Positions 13,601 through 28,600 of a stretch of DNA of 58,168 nt are shown in pieces. The position numbers and the translations under genes are program-made. How positions within the stretch are numbered: position 1 is the stretch's first letter; each line of letters begins with the position of its first letter. The stretch covers positions 246,645 through 304,812 of the forward strand of contig NMRA01000522.1 in assembly GCA_002633005.1 (NCBI GenBank). The letters are read 5' to 3'. The notes under the pieces are model-generated. The model saw nothing but the letters and a program-made list of their open reading frames with translations. It did no database searches and was not told the origin of the DNA. The stretch is from Phoronis australis (lineage: Eukaryota > Animalia > Phoronida).

Positions 13601-16600
13601 CCTATTCAATGTGTTTGTATTGGATATTCATTTGTCCGGTGGCAGGGCCAGTTTGCCCAGTCTCAATCTCTTCATGACTGTTAACCTTGAGTTCCCCATG
13701 TTGTACAGTTGCATTTCCTCAGTTTGTCAGGTGCCACCCTGTTGCCAGGCCTCCGATCTATATAGTAACTCGTCCCTCAACTGTCCTACCTCTCACCCCA
13801 TTTTGTTTCCCTCCATTTCGGAGGGAACAACAAACTCTCGTTCCCATTTTCCAATCCCATCCTCATTGCCCATTCCATTAACGCCCTGGCACTCCAGGGT
13901 TGGGTATCCAGCTGGCAGCATCATTTTTAAGTAGTCCTGCACATTTTTCCAATTCATACCTCTCATTTTGTGCGCTCCTGCAGATGGGCATGAGCTATCT
14001 TGCAACATCTCTTATGGAGTTTTTACTGCCCATCTTACCAGCGACTATCATTTCTTATTTTACTTATTTTTATTCACTATCTAATACTTGTAATTGAATT
14101 ATTATAATAAATGGCCCATAACACCTGCAACAGTCTCCTTTCATCTCTGGTAACAAGCTTGTGACGCATGTATCATTTATTCGGGACACCTCGATCATAA
14201 ATATACATATAAAAATAACACTAGTCTGAACAGCACTAGTCAAAACAGGCTCAAAACTGACAGATGCCACCAACTCCAAAATTAGGAAATTCAAAAATTT
14301 CAAACAAATGCAAGTCATACAATTTGGTAGGCCAAGATATAGACACTAGTGCCTGGTTGCATGAAACAGTCCCAACTAGGGACTCAATAATAAGCTCCTA
14401 AAATATTTTGCATATTTGTGTCGTTCTTTACTCACAGATACTATATGTTTCTATCATTTTATCTTCATTACAAGCTCCTCTTTGACTAACGACATTTTCT
14501 AATAATGTAAACAAAAACTAAGAATTAAGAGTTCACTCTCGATTTGCATCAAAAACAAAACTTGGCTTAGTAATGAGACCCAAACAGCACAGAGTTTACA
14601 AAAATAAGTAGCAGATTGAAGAAACTTAGTAGAGTTCTTACTTGGACTGTTTCATGCAACCAGGTACGGACTCCTTTAGGTCAAGTTGCCCATCCTAGAC
14701 AGGGTCATTGATGATGTGATACACTAAACATTTCCCCTGAGTCTTAAACGCTTACAGCACTAGATGCAATAGAACCATGCAGATGCTGCCTGTGAGGGGT
14801 TTTCACTCTTCTGTGGATACCTTTGTGTATGACTTGAGGGAAAGGATGTTCCAAATTCAAGACTACATTGCCATGATCTTAAGAAACATATTTTGGCACA
14901 TTTTAACAAATCTACATGCAAGCCACTCACCTTCACAGCTACTTTGATATACAGTGCCATTAGAGCGCGTACTATTACCAGTTCCACAACTGATACAGTC
15001 TATTTGGCGTGGATTGGGTTGGTACTGACCAAGAGGACACTTAACACACTCAGTGTTACTATCATCAGCTTCATGACCTGCAGTACAATCCACTGTAACA
15101 CATATTAGAAAACAATTAATGAACTGAAGGATTCTTGTAATGGCAGAGACTCAAAATAAATTTGCTTTCAATTAGATAATAATATATAGAAATGGAAAGC
15201 TAATAAAAATAATCTGAAACCTGCACTTTTATCAAACAAAAACTGCTTCCCTAGAGCACATCATTCAGGTAACCACCAAATACCAGATTCATAACTAACA
15301 ATTAGTATTTCAAGAACAACACTACGAACAAGATGGTAAAAATTGAATGAACTACACAGCCACCCCACTTACATATGGTGCATTCAGAAGCTAATTTGGC
15401 TCCCTCTGTTGGCGAAACCATGGCAACACTAGCATTGCTGGATGGACATGTCTGACATTTTGACATGTATCCATCTTCTTTATTACTGCGATACTTCTCC
15501 ACAGGACACTTTGTACAGTTCTCCTGGCCAGATACTTCTTCACCATCAGGACAGAAAACTGAAACACAAACACTGACATTCACAGCAGGGCCCTAATCTG
15601 CATAGAGCAAAGAAAAAAACACACGAATGACTATCTTGTTTTCTCTGAACCCCACTTTAAGCAAAAGCTCGAGGCTCAAAGCGCGTATCTTTGAAGGAGA
15701 TGATTCAGAAAACCCACTGACATTTCAAGGTTCATTCAAAGATAGCAGGAATTAGGTATTTGACTGCCATTTCTGAACTATCCATTCAGTGGATAGTTCA
15801 CAAAAATTTCAAAGCTGCACTGCATGCTAGTGTAAATGTCTTTCACTTTAGCATATAAAAACAACATAATACGACATACTTGTGTGACCTGCCAGTGCAT
15901 GACAAAATTGCACAAGCTCTTTCCTTTTGTTCTGGGGCCCATGAGCCAGAGATGATTTCCTTCATTGAGAAAAGACCCTTGGCATGACTCTGGCTTTTAT
16001 TCATGGAGGAAATCACATTCAACCAATCGTGTTTCCTAACATGGGCAGCATAGGCATCTGTGAAGTCAAGGCAGCAGCAGATATGTGTTAATTAGGAATT
16101 ATGATGTGACAAAGTCTAAACTTACAGTAGCAAGCTGATTTGTCTGTCTGTCCTGTACTGTTTGTACGATAACTTGCTCCTCCACATGACAAACAAGATG
16201 TTTTCCATCGTTCAGGTTGGTATTCTCCAATACCACACGGCAGACAGGTGTTGTTTGCCGCATGCAGGTAAGACCCCGGCTCACAGGCTCCTAAACACGA
16301 CAAAATTCTTAATATGGAAATCATCATTTACTCACTGCTTACCTACCAAGCATTTGTTAAATGGAATATGATACAATTAAACAAAACGTATAATTATAGA
16401 ACAAAATTAAAAAGACATCATGTTTGTGCTTGTGTTTGCATAAACCAATTAATTACAAGTTTCCGACAGGCCAGTAAATACTTCTAATTGAAGAGAACAT
16501 CGGGTAAATTTAATAAAAACACACTACATATAATCAGAATCTCCAAAATTGCAGTCAACCAGTTATTTGGAGCAATATATTCAACACTGCAAGTCATCAA

Positions 16601-19600
16601 TCTACAATTAATAAGATTGGAATGTTGAGCTACGGGACAGACTTGAGAAATCTTGAGATTGAATTCACTATTTCCATTTGGTGAATGATGCATAAGCTTG
16701 CTGTGCGTACAAGGCTAAAGCCTAGAGTCTATGGAAAGCAAGCCACATGTGCATTCCTTAGAGGCGAGAATCTCTTTGACGCACTGACTCAAAGAAATAC
16801 ATCCCGAACTACACAGTTCACACACTATGTCAACAATATACTGTAACCACAGTGCACTATTTAGTAACAGTACAATCTCCAAATGCCCTTGGCCCTTTAT
16901 TTGGTATATACCCAATGCCACACAATTCATACACTGTGTCAACACTCTACTGTAATCACAGCTCACTACTTACTAAGAGTACACTCTCCAGAGGTCCTTG
17001 ACCCTTTATTTGGTGTGATATATCCAGCATCACACAATTCATACACTGTGTCAACACTCTATTGTTATCACAGCTTACTACTTACTAACACTACAATCCC
17101 CAGATGTCTTTGACCCATTATTAGGTGTGATATATCCAGTGTCACACAATTCATACACTGTGTCAACACTGTATTGTAATCACCGCTTACTACTTACTAA
17201 CACTACAATCCCCAGACGTCTTTGACCCATTATTTGGTGTGATATATCCAGCATCACACAATTCATACAGTGTGTCAACACTCTATTGTAATCACAGCTT
17301 ACTACTTACTAACAGTACAATCCCCAGATGTCTTTGACCCATTATTTGGTGTGATATATCCAGCGCCACATGGTTCACACACCAAGTCAACACCTCTTGT
17401 TCTGTAGGTACCAATAGGGCAGACAGAGCAGGAACCATCGTTTTCTAATTGCGTTCCACTTACACAATCATCTGAAGACATCAACAAATAAAATCCACTT
17501 AGAAAGCACACCAGACTTGACAGTCAATAACTTAAACTCACATCACAATGATTTGGCAAGCAGTTGATTCCATTATATAAAGTCCATCCAGTGAGTATTC
17601 CTAACATGCAGACACCAAAGTAAGAAATGAATTACTACACAAAGTATTGTATTAACCAGAAACCACATGGCTTTAAGACCATAACAGAACATTTATTTAA
17701 CAAATACAAGATAGTGAGCAATGGGCTGTCACTGTCATACCTTTTGTCTTTACAGCCCACCAGATGTCAGTACATTAAGTGATAAGACAGTTCCTTACCA
17801 AAGCACTGGTTCACTGATGTAGAGTTAGTGGAGGATGTCGTCTTGTCTCCAGCACAGGGAGTACAGCTGAACTGTCCAGGTAAACTCTGGTAATACCCTA
17901 CAGGACACGGCTTGCAGGCCTCACTCGTTCTACTGTAGTAATAACCAGCTGAACACACCTCTGTAATGAACACATCAACACCATTCACCATAGACACATG
18001 CTAGGGGATCAGCCAACAGTGTTACCTCACAGACAATCTGAGCAATTGAACAAATGCCAGAAATGGAAAAATAAAGCATAGCTCACCAAAACACAATGTT
18101 AATTGAGCCAATAGAGTTGTCTAAGTTACACTCTGTACATGATGGTGTCAAATATCTCAACAAGCAAGATTTCTTAATGTGTCATCCTATGGGAATAATA
18201 AACAGATTTGCACACCTTCATTAGTTTTACAAGTGTGCAAGAGGGGGCACACGTCATTCAAACAACACCAGAGATAGACTTATAGAACATGGACAATTGA
18301 ACAGATGTCCTTAATAAACCTTGATCAGAGTAGGCTGTCATGCACTAAACTCTTAAAGTAACTAAAGAATCCATTTTTGAGAACTGCACTCACCATAACA
18401 GTCACTCTGTGAAGTTGACCCAAAGCCATCTGTTGTCATGTTAGTAGTGGTTGAACAAGGGTGACATGAAAAGGCACCAGAACCATTCTGGTAAGACCCC
18501 ACGTCACAGTCCTGGCATATCTTTGTCAAATTGTTGTAAAAGGTGCCCGGAGCACACTCCACTGTAAAAAAACAAAAAGACTTTAAATGCAAATCGACTG
18601 TAAAACATGCACATTTAGGTGCATGTGTCTTTATGAGTAAAGCTGCATTTTTGTTAGAAAGTAGCTTCATGTGTCCAGATGTGAAACACTAATAAGCAAA
18701 AACAAAGACTTCTAAAATAACAAGTGAATGTGATTTCATCTGTTACAAAACAGCACATGTTGACCTTCGTTTAACTAGACATTAACTAATTAAATGGCAC
18801 AACGGACAAAAGGCATAAGTGAAACATGAACACATCAAGAATATTATAATCATCAGTTTGAACATTTGTAGAGCAGGGATATTCCTGACCAGGTTTGAAC
18901 CTGTGCCCTTTGGGCGAACCTGATTATAAAAAGGATGCCTTTTTTCAAAAAGTTGTTCCCCACATACTTAGTGTAATTTAAGTGGTAACATATGAAATAG
19001 AAAAAAGAACAGTCATGTTTTACCCTACTGCCTGTAATTTGCGACTAGAATCTTGCATTTTTTGAAGAGTGTTGCGTTTTAAAAGATGCACCCGGGAGGC
19101 ACACTGTTGCAATGTACTTGCGCCTTTATATTTTTGTGCGCTATCCCAGATGGAGTGAAGGGTTATCAAGCTTGCTCATTTTGCCGTTATTGTCATTTTA
19201 ACAAAAAGAAATGAATACGCATGGGTTGATCATATCTAAATTGAATCCAGACAAACTTGTGAGTAACTGGAAATGTAAAAAGCGAAGATTTTGATAAATT
19301 AGAGCTACAGAGACATACAGTAACATACCACAAGCATCTGTTTCATAGACTGTTCCTGCAGTACAGTCAGATTCAGAAGTGACAGTGACTTGTGTGGGCG
19401 ATGCACCAGCTATATTGGCCTGTAACAGAGAAAGATTTAATCAGCAAATACAGTGAGACACTTTAATGTAATGATTAGGTTTATTCCACTGAAACGGAAA
19501 ATGGATGAAAAGTGCAGGACAATCCTTGTAATAGTTATGTTTTATCAGTTGAATGAATTCCGCTGGCATATGATGCATATGACGCATGGCGAATTTTCAA

Positions 19601-22600
19601 AGAAACTTATTCTAGTTTTTTCTGAGAATCATAATTAAAGTTAATTTAATCATTGCCAATGATCTCATCAATCCATTTCTACCATCACATATTCTCCACA
19701 ACAGTCAACACAGTCATATTTAAAGAGCAAGACTTACTGAGAAGTCCAAGTTTGTTGTGTTATCAACAAAAGTCTCCTTTAAGATATCTTCAGTTGACTT
19801 TGTCTCATTACCACTTGTGCTGTTCAGCATGGGGCTAAAGAAAACATACAGGAAATGTCATCCATAGACCAAAGTTGTAGCATTGGCAACCAACAACCGT
19901 AAAGTCCAATGCCGTTGCTACTCACCAACACAGAATTACTTCACTAGCAAAGGGATATGTGATACTAAACTGTTCACACAAAACAAAAACCCTGATTGCA
20001 GATTTCAAATTTATAGACTTAAACACAAATATTTAGGAAAAGCATATGCACTGTACAAAACTTACTAGCTAACAAAATATTTCCGCAAAACATTTCCAAG
20101 ATGTTACAGACAGCATATAAAAGAAATGTTCTGAGATCAATGTCAATGTCACTTATAAGCACTTACTCAGCATCACCAATTTCAGCTGTTGAGGTTCCAT
20201 CATCAAATGCACGCCTGAATCTTCTTGAATAACCTTTTGCACATTTCAGTTCCATTACGATATCCCCACAATCAATTTGACGACAAAGTCTATTGCCCCA
20301 GAGACTATTTAATCTACGTAACACTGCTATAACATATATACGCAGATTAGCTGCCATGGTGTCATCACACTTAGTTCCAAAACCATACTTTATCACAACT
20401 CTGTATTTTCGTCTGTAGGATTGAACACCTAAAAAGAAATTAAAACACGATGGCACAGGGACATTTTACTGACATAACAGATGTTTTGCAGCAATCTCCA
20501 GACAAACCTTCACCTGTTCATGCTAAAATTTCTGTCTTTATGCAAATATCTGCACAAATTACCAGCTTTGGTTGCACTTGTGTTGCTAAACATTGGTTTT
20601 GCCAGTTCCAGATTTGGCTAGCTTTGTCAACAAGTGTTTAGCAAAAACAAAGAACAGACCAGGCTACGCTACTTAATTACAGATGAAATTACTAAAACTG
20701 AACAAGAGCAATGCGGAGTGTTGAAATGCGCCCACGAATGCATCGCAAACGGGGTGCTTTTTGGGTTGCTTATTTGTGTCATAAAAATGGCCACTAGATG
20801 GTGCAAAAACAAACAATCCATCCGAAAATGGGAACATGACATTGCTTCCTTAATAGAAAGCTATACACCACATTTCATAGAAATCCGTCACGGAACTTCA
20901 AAGAAACAAAGGAAAACAGAATAAAATGAAATTTCCACTAGGGGGCACATTAATTTTGTTCATTGGATCCGTCTAAAAGTCATCATTGTCTGTTGTTAGC
21001 TTCATATAAACATACAAAATTTAAAAAAGATCCTGCAGTGGGTTTAGGAGATACAGCTATTGGCGCAAAACAAAACAAAACTACCACTAGGAGTCGCCAG
21101 AGTAATCAAAGTCATCATCATCAACTGTCCTCTTCACACTGAGAACATATACACCAATTTTCAAAATCATCCTTAGAATGATTTGGTTGATAGAGAGGTA
21201 GAAAACGGGAGGATAGCGTCATCTCACCAACAGATGCCCGTATGAAAATCTGTTGAGCACCTTTGAAGATACAGAGGTAAACGTAAAACTAAAATTGCCA
21301 CCAGGGGGCATACCAGTGGTCAGATCCATCCCAAAATCATTGTCGTCCATTGTCAACATCATGTAAACACACTTCTTAAATTTAGTAAAGATCCTGCAAA
21401 AGGTTTAGGAGAAACAGCCATGGGCACAAAAAAGAAACTGCCACTAGGAGGCACCACAGTAGTCAAAGTCATCGGAAAATCATCGTCAGCCGTACATTTT
21501 AAAGTAAAAATATACATGCCAATTTTCACAATTATCCTGAAAACGGTTTGGTCGATAGAGGGGTGGATGCCAAAAAAACAGACTCGAAAACAGTAAAAAT
21601 GGCCACTAGGTGGTGCAGACTGGGTCGAATCCATCTGAAAATGGAAAGATAGCGTCACCTCACTAACAGAAATTTTATGAAATTACGTTGAGGTAAACGT
21701 TAAAAAATAAAATTGCTACTAGGTGGCACACCAGTAGACAAATCTGTCTGAAAGTCGTCATTGTCCATTGTCAACATCATATAAATGTGCTTACTAAATT
21801 AAGTAAAGATGCTGCACTAGGTGGCACAAACTATGTCAAAACCATCCGCAAACGGAAGGATACTGCTGTCTCACTAATAGATGCCTATATCCTAAATTTT
21901 ATGAAAATACGTTAAGGACCTTTGAAGATACAGAGGTAAACGTAAAAAACTAAAATTGCCACTATGGGGCACACTGGTAAACAGATCCATCCGAAAGTTC
22001 GCTCATACCGTCCCATTCACAAAAGAAGCACATGTGCAAAATTTCATGAACATACGTTAATTGGTTTTGGCCATAGAGCAGCGGACGCCAAACAAACGCC
22101 GCCCGGACAGACGGACGAATGCAGATGACGGCATAATGCGTCCACATATTAATATAACAAAACAAAAAAACAAAAAGTACAATGTAACACTTTTTACTTA
22201 TTACAACATAGGTGACGTATACAAAAACATTGTCAACAGCGTTTGCAGCAAAGGTTCTTTCAGTTAAAGAAAATTTTGCCAAATTGCAGGGCATTGGAAG
22301 ATAAAAAGGATGTTCGGTCAATTACCCAGGTATCACCACAATGTGTTTATAAGGGTGAATTAAAATCAGTTTTAAGTAATGGATGATAAATCAATAAATA
22401 GTTCCAACATGTCAATCATGTTATCAATTACAGCCAATCAGGGCACAGGAAAATGTAAGACCCACAATTGTCTTCCATCTTGATGCACAAGCATTCAATG
22501 CTAAAGAAAATAGAAAAAGAAAATGAACCAATGGGATATAATGGGTTGTGGTGGACCTCACAGTCAGCAGAGAATACCCAGACAACAAACACCAGGCTAA

Positions 22601-25600
22601 ACAGGCCCAGCAGAAAGCGAAGTAAATTCACCTTACTAACGTGTTGCAAATGCCAGTATCTGATATGAATTATCCTAACAATCATACGTGGAATACGATG
22701 GTGGCGGCAGCATAAGACGTGACCGTGCTGGCAAGAGTCACATGATTGTATTCTTATTGCCATGTAACAGACCACCAATGGCCATCAGCAAAACTTTAAG
22801 ATGTCTAAAGTTCACAAAGACTTTTGAGACTTCATCATGAACATTACCAAACAAAATTTGGTCAATCAATATTTTCTTCAATTTATTTGTTTGCACTCGA
22901 GGCCATTGACCCACAGTACATAAACAATATAATTATATACAGTACGCATACCCGCCGCGCATGTAATATTTTAGACATTTTTTATACAAGTTTTTGTCCA
23001 AGTATAGAAGCGTGATACACAAACTTAATCAAAATTTTCAGCACACAGGGATCAGAAATTTTCATCAACCTCAGAAATGAAAGAGCACGTGAATGTCGAG
23101 TTGATCCAATACAAGTTAGACAGCAATTGTATTCTCAAATCATTGTAGAATGGACATACACAAATAAAGTGATTCATAAATTCATCTTCCAAAAAACTGA
23201 CCAGAGCTTTGTTTACATAAGAACATATACATACCAGATATTTAACAATAAACAGATGTCTTCCCACCTCAACCAACAGTCTGTGATTTGAAAATCAGAA
23301 TCTTGCAAAGGAACTTATGAAGCAATGGGGTAATTTGAATGAAACACAAGCTTTCAAATTGAACACTGTTATGAAGAGAGAGCATGTAGTATACATAATT
23401 TTGAATTGTTTTGCACGCCTGTCCTCCATTCTTGTAAAATTCAATCTTTAATTCTTTGTTCAAAGGCTTTGCTCAAGCCATATAAAACCAAAGCCATCTG
23501 TTCAGCAGTACCAATTAACAAATGTGGCCCATGTAGATCCTCCTGCCTCATCTAATTTCACAAGCATGTTATAGACCAACATGGGGTCACGCGGACACGG
23601 CAATCTTAATACCTTGAACCAATATTTGATTAACGTTTATTAAAAACAATTAGACTAAAATCAGGAATCTCCCGTGTTCACCAAAAAAGGGCACTATTAA
23701 TACAGCTTCGGCCAACACCCAGCAAACTTCTACAAAATGAAATGTGAACATTCTCAATACAGCAATACTCTTTGGAACACCATACTTCAGCGCCATAACT
23801 GATGGTTGGGAAAACAATTTTGTCAAAAACCACCTTCACTGGTGGGACATTGAGTTTAAGCGAAGTGTGACGCATTAAACAGATTCAGAAAATTTAGTAA
23901 ACAGCGAAGACTCCGCTCTTCATCAAAAAATTTTGCGCTAGTCTGAGTGGTAAGAAGACTGGTCAATACTATCTGTGTACAGACCAATGGTATTGTTATT
24001 TTAAGTCATTAGCCAACCCTGTTTCACAGGTGGCAAGTGACAGTGTCACAGAAGCTGAAAGGGAATACTTTGTATTCACATCACCTTTTTAGAATTTCTG
24101 GAAAGCTAGCTTTATCCCCTCCATCCTCAAAGCACATGTTTTGTACACTTGAGAAGATCATCATTGTGAGTGATTTCTTGAATAAACTGACTGAATACTT
24201 TATATGTCCACAAGAGGGAGCCCTAAACCTTTCCCATCTCCCATTTCCCAGGCCCTGTGACAGACAAGTCACATACTAAGTTAGCATACTAGATACAGGA
24301 CTGTTACCAGCTCATGGCATGGAGTGAATACTTACGTCCACAAGAGGGAGCCCTAAACCTGCCCTTTCTTCCATTCCATAGTCCCAGTGGTCCACATGTA
24401 ATGTACTTAGCATGTCTCCTTGGAAGTCTATAACCAGCATCACAGACAATTCGACACTTCTTTCCTAATCCATCTGGTCGACATTCAAGTCTGCCATGCT
24501 TAGGCGGCTTTGGCTCAGCGCAGTTTTCACCTATTAGTAACAAGTTCAATCAATTCTAGTAATAAACAGAGTAAGAGTAAATGAGATACACTTTAGCAAA
24601 TGATAAGCATAACCAATTAAATGACTGCTAGCAGGAACCAACCACACAGGGCATCCATATGCAACCATTGTTTGCACAATTAAAAATTGGCAAATATGTT
24701 AATGGTGCAAATGTCGAAAACATTTCCAAGCACTAGACATGTGTAATCTATGCCAGAGACCTTAAAACTGAACCAATGGGATGCTGTGTTAGACATCCAA
24801 AAATGGCACATATTGAGGTCACCAATGGAATGATGTATTAGACATCCAAAAATGGCACATATTGAGAAGGTCACCAATGGGATGCTGTGTTAGACATCCA
24901 AAAATGGCACATATTGAGAAGGTCACCAATGGGATGCTGTGTTAGACATCCAAAAATGGCACATATTGAGGTCATCAATGGGATGCTGTTTTAGACATCC
25001 AAAAATGGCACATATTGAGAAGGTCACCAATGGGATGCGGTGTTAGACATCCAAAATGGCACATATTGAGAAGGTCACCAATGGGATGCTGTGCTAGACA
25101 TCCAAAAATAGCACATATTGAGGTCACCAATGAGATGCTGTGTTAGACATCCAAAAATGGCACATATTGAGGTCACCAATGGGATGCTGTGTTAAACATC
25201 CAAAAATGGCACATATTGAGGTCATCAATGGGATGCTGTTTTAGACATCCAAAAATGGCACATATTGAGAAGGTCACCAATGGGATGCTGTGTTAGACAT
25301 CCAAAAATGGCACATATTGAGAAGGTCACCAAGAAAACTAAAATTACCACCAGGGGCACTGGAGCAATCAAATCCACTCAATAATTAGTGCTCACTGACA
25401 AAATCAAAAATATCACTCTAATGATGAAACTTAACAATTGACACCATGGAGCACAGCTAAATTTGGATATGTCCAAATAAAATTTTATGTAACAAATTTC
25501 ATGAACACCCTTTTTCGAACTCTGTATATCTTGAGGCAATCAAAAAACAAGAACTGCCCCTAGGAGGCGTAGCAATATTCGCAATTGTCTAAAAATCAAT

Positions 25601-28600
25601 ATTCAGTAAAGGTTCCTGTCTGCAGTAACACAATTATCAATTGAAAAGTCCAGAGATCAGGATGCTAAGATATCAAAATACTAAAATTGCCATTTGGGAA
25701 CAATCCAAAGTCGGGAAAAATGGGCAGAAGCTGTCTTCGTTATTGAAACATTCTGTAAAATTCCATGAAATTTCTCCACAAGGCTGAGTAATTGAGACAA
25801 ACACAAAAAGGCAAAACAGGCAAAAAAACAGACACGAAAACTGTTCTCTCATTACCAGGTTGGAACACACCCACCAAAATCCATGGCGATCCTCTAGAGA
25901 ACCTGGTTGATAATGAGGTAGACCCCCCAAAAATATAAATTGCCACCAAGGGTCATTACAGTGGTCCGATTCAATTTCATGAGCAGGGTCCTTCACTGAA
26001 CTCAGTAGATATTGCAGGATGTGTAACCCAAGTCAAATTTCTTTGAGCATCAGCCATGTTCTTATTTAGAAAACATCGGTCTGTAAAATTTTTTACAACA
26101 ATCGTTTACATTGCGAACATGATAAGTATTGACAAAATAAATAAAACTGCCACAAGCGGGCATCACAGCATCATTGGGATCCATTAAAAATCATTTTTAG
26201 CATTGCTCTCATCAAAAAGAAGATATCGTTCAAATTTCACAGTGATCCTTCATACACTTTGGCAAATAGAGACAGACCCAATATACAGACACTGATATAC
26301 AAACACTGCCTCTAGGGAGTGCACTAGCGATTGACTCCGCCAAACAGTTCATAGATAGCATTATCTCATTGATAATAACTTCCTGCTAAGATCCAGTGAG
26401 TGACTGATGCAGAGGCACAAGCAATAACTTAGAACTGCTACTAGGTGGCACAGCAGTCCTTGGATCAACTAAGAAGTCATCGCCATCTATTGTTGGTTTT
26501 ATAGAACTTTTTATAAAGAGCTTACAAAGAGTTTAGCAAATACAGCAGCAAAGAACTCCAAACAGAGACGAGGACAACATGCAGCCACTATTAAATAATG
26601 TGTGGGTGCACAATGAACAAGACAATAGTTATTTAGACTTTGATGCCTTGTTTTCAGGATGAACAGAAATCTATAGTTCTTTACAATATCCAAATCTATT
26701 AATGCAAGCAGGGAAAATTTAAAAAGCAATTAAAAGGAACATACCCACATTTTGAATCCGCTGACACAAAAAGTGACGCTTCACGTCACAACTTCCAGCG
26801 TAATATGTTCCAAAGTCATCCGTACTCATAGTAACACAGTTCTCATTTGCCGTGTTGTTTTTCACCCTTAAAGCAAGCACAAGAATATCAATTAAGGTAA
26901 GACCTGAGAACTGATTTGACAAGCAGGGAATTTCATTTCAATCAATTTACCAAATTACAAATGCCTTTGCAGAGTAAATGAGCAAAATTTCCACAGAAGC
27001 GGAACATGTATGACCTTAAAGTATAATATTCAGCATCAACAGAAAACAAAGAATGATTTAATTTGATACTAACTTCACATTTGTAGACAGTAACAACTAA
27101 GCACAGAAGCAGAGGATAAAAGTTAGATTTTCTGGTTCATAACGTACGGTACAATCAAACAGTTTTGAACACTACATAAGTGTGTGAGTACGGAGCTCTC
27201 TGAACAAGTTAAAATAATATTGTACCACTGACAAAAATGAGACAGTCCAACTTAAAACATTGTCCCTGATTTGTGCAGTAGGGAAGTTTTGATACTAATT
27301 TTTGAGCTCTGCCCAAGAAGTTTTTATTATTGTAAGGGATCCACAAGTCTGAGATCATACATTGTCAGGACTCTGTAGTGTTGACTGAAGTAAATAATGG
27401 TTTAATGAGACAGCAAGAGTGTAATAAACAGTAAGGTGAGTGGCCAACAAAAAATCAATAGAAAAGCTGTAATGTAATTACACTTCACTAAAATCTTCTC
27501 CATCGGGTCTACGGAATTTTCCCTCTTCCTTTTCATCACTTGCACCAAGGTACAACGTTCCATTGTAATTAGTCTTCACATAAGTTTTAAAGATGGCTGC
27601 CCAAGCCCCTAACGGTGCATAAAGTATTGATCCTAACTCCCTTTGACAAGCTTCAACAGCTCTCTTGTATGTCAATGGAGATGAAGACAACGTGATACAT
27701 TTTCCAGACCCGTCCAGCTGACCCTTGCAACCACCTGCATAGTTAAGAAAACATTTAATCCAATTAATTCGAATTGATCAAGGACGTAAGGAAAAATATG
27801 GCAGACGTTGACAAATAAAAGTGTCAAAATTGTTGTTTTATCATTTGTCAAAATAATTCTCCTAACATTGTAGTGATTGTTGACAATTTCTCAAAACATT
27901 GTCTGATGTTAGCTATGGTAAACAAGTTGATAAAGCATGTATTTTGAGTTAATTATCTTTCATGAATAAAGTGGAACAATTAAATTCAATTGTTCACCAC
28001 AGTGTGTTCTAAACTGCTGAGATTTTTAGCAGAAAACAATGGAGAAAACTCAGATTGACCAACAACTAAATTTAATTATTAAGTACTAAATCTTGACCAA
28101 AAGCGTCAAATTAAGTGAAGTGTAGTACATGCCAACAGTATATATAATCTCATGAAGACATGACATACTTGTTTTCTAAACAATATTTGAATATTACCTT
28201 TCAGATACAAGTTAAACTTGCATCTTTTTGAATTCCTGGCATCGTCTTCAGCCGTATACTTGATGACATTTTTCCGCTTGCCACGGAAGAAGAGGGAAGT
28301 ACCTGTAAAGAAGAATGACAGCTGAATGTAGTTGATGACCTCAGAGGTGGATTCAGTAAGAGGAGTGTCCTCTATCCTCCGAGGTTGGCCAGATTATACA
28401 GGGTCAATCAAATATCATGGTAACACCTGACAAAATAACATGTGGATACTAACAAAATGAATGCCACTCAAAAATATGAATAAGAGCAATGTTGATGTGC
28501 TGTTGAATCGCATACTGCACAGATCGTTATTTTAAACATTTCCAGTAGATGGAGCAATATTAATACATTTAATAAAGTTTATGCGGTGCAACTGATAATA

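Noticed and set aside
1520-18561. Dscam-like mutually exclusive exon cluster
   Set aside because: The exons join consecutively in frame and alternate A/B, as expected of a constitutive tandem array. I saw no docking or selector elements.
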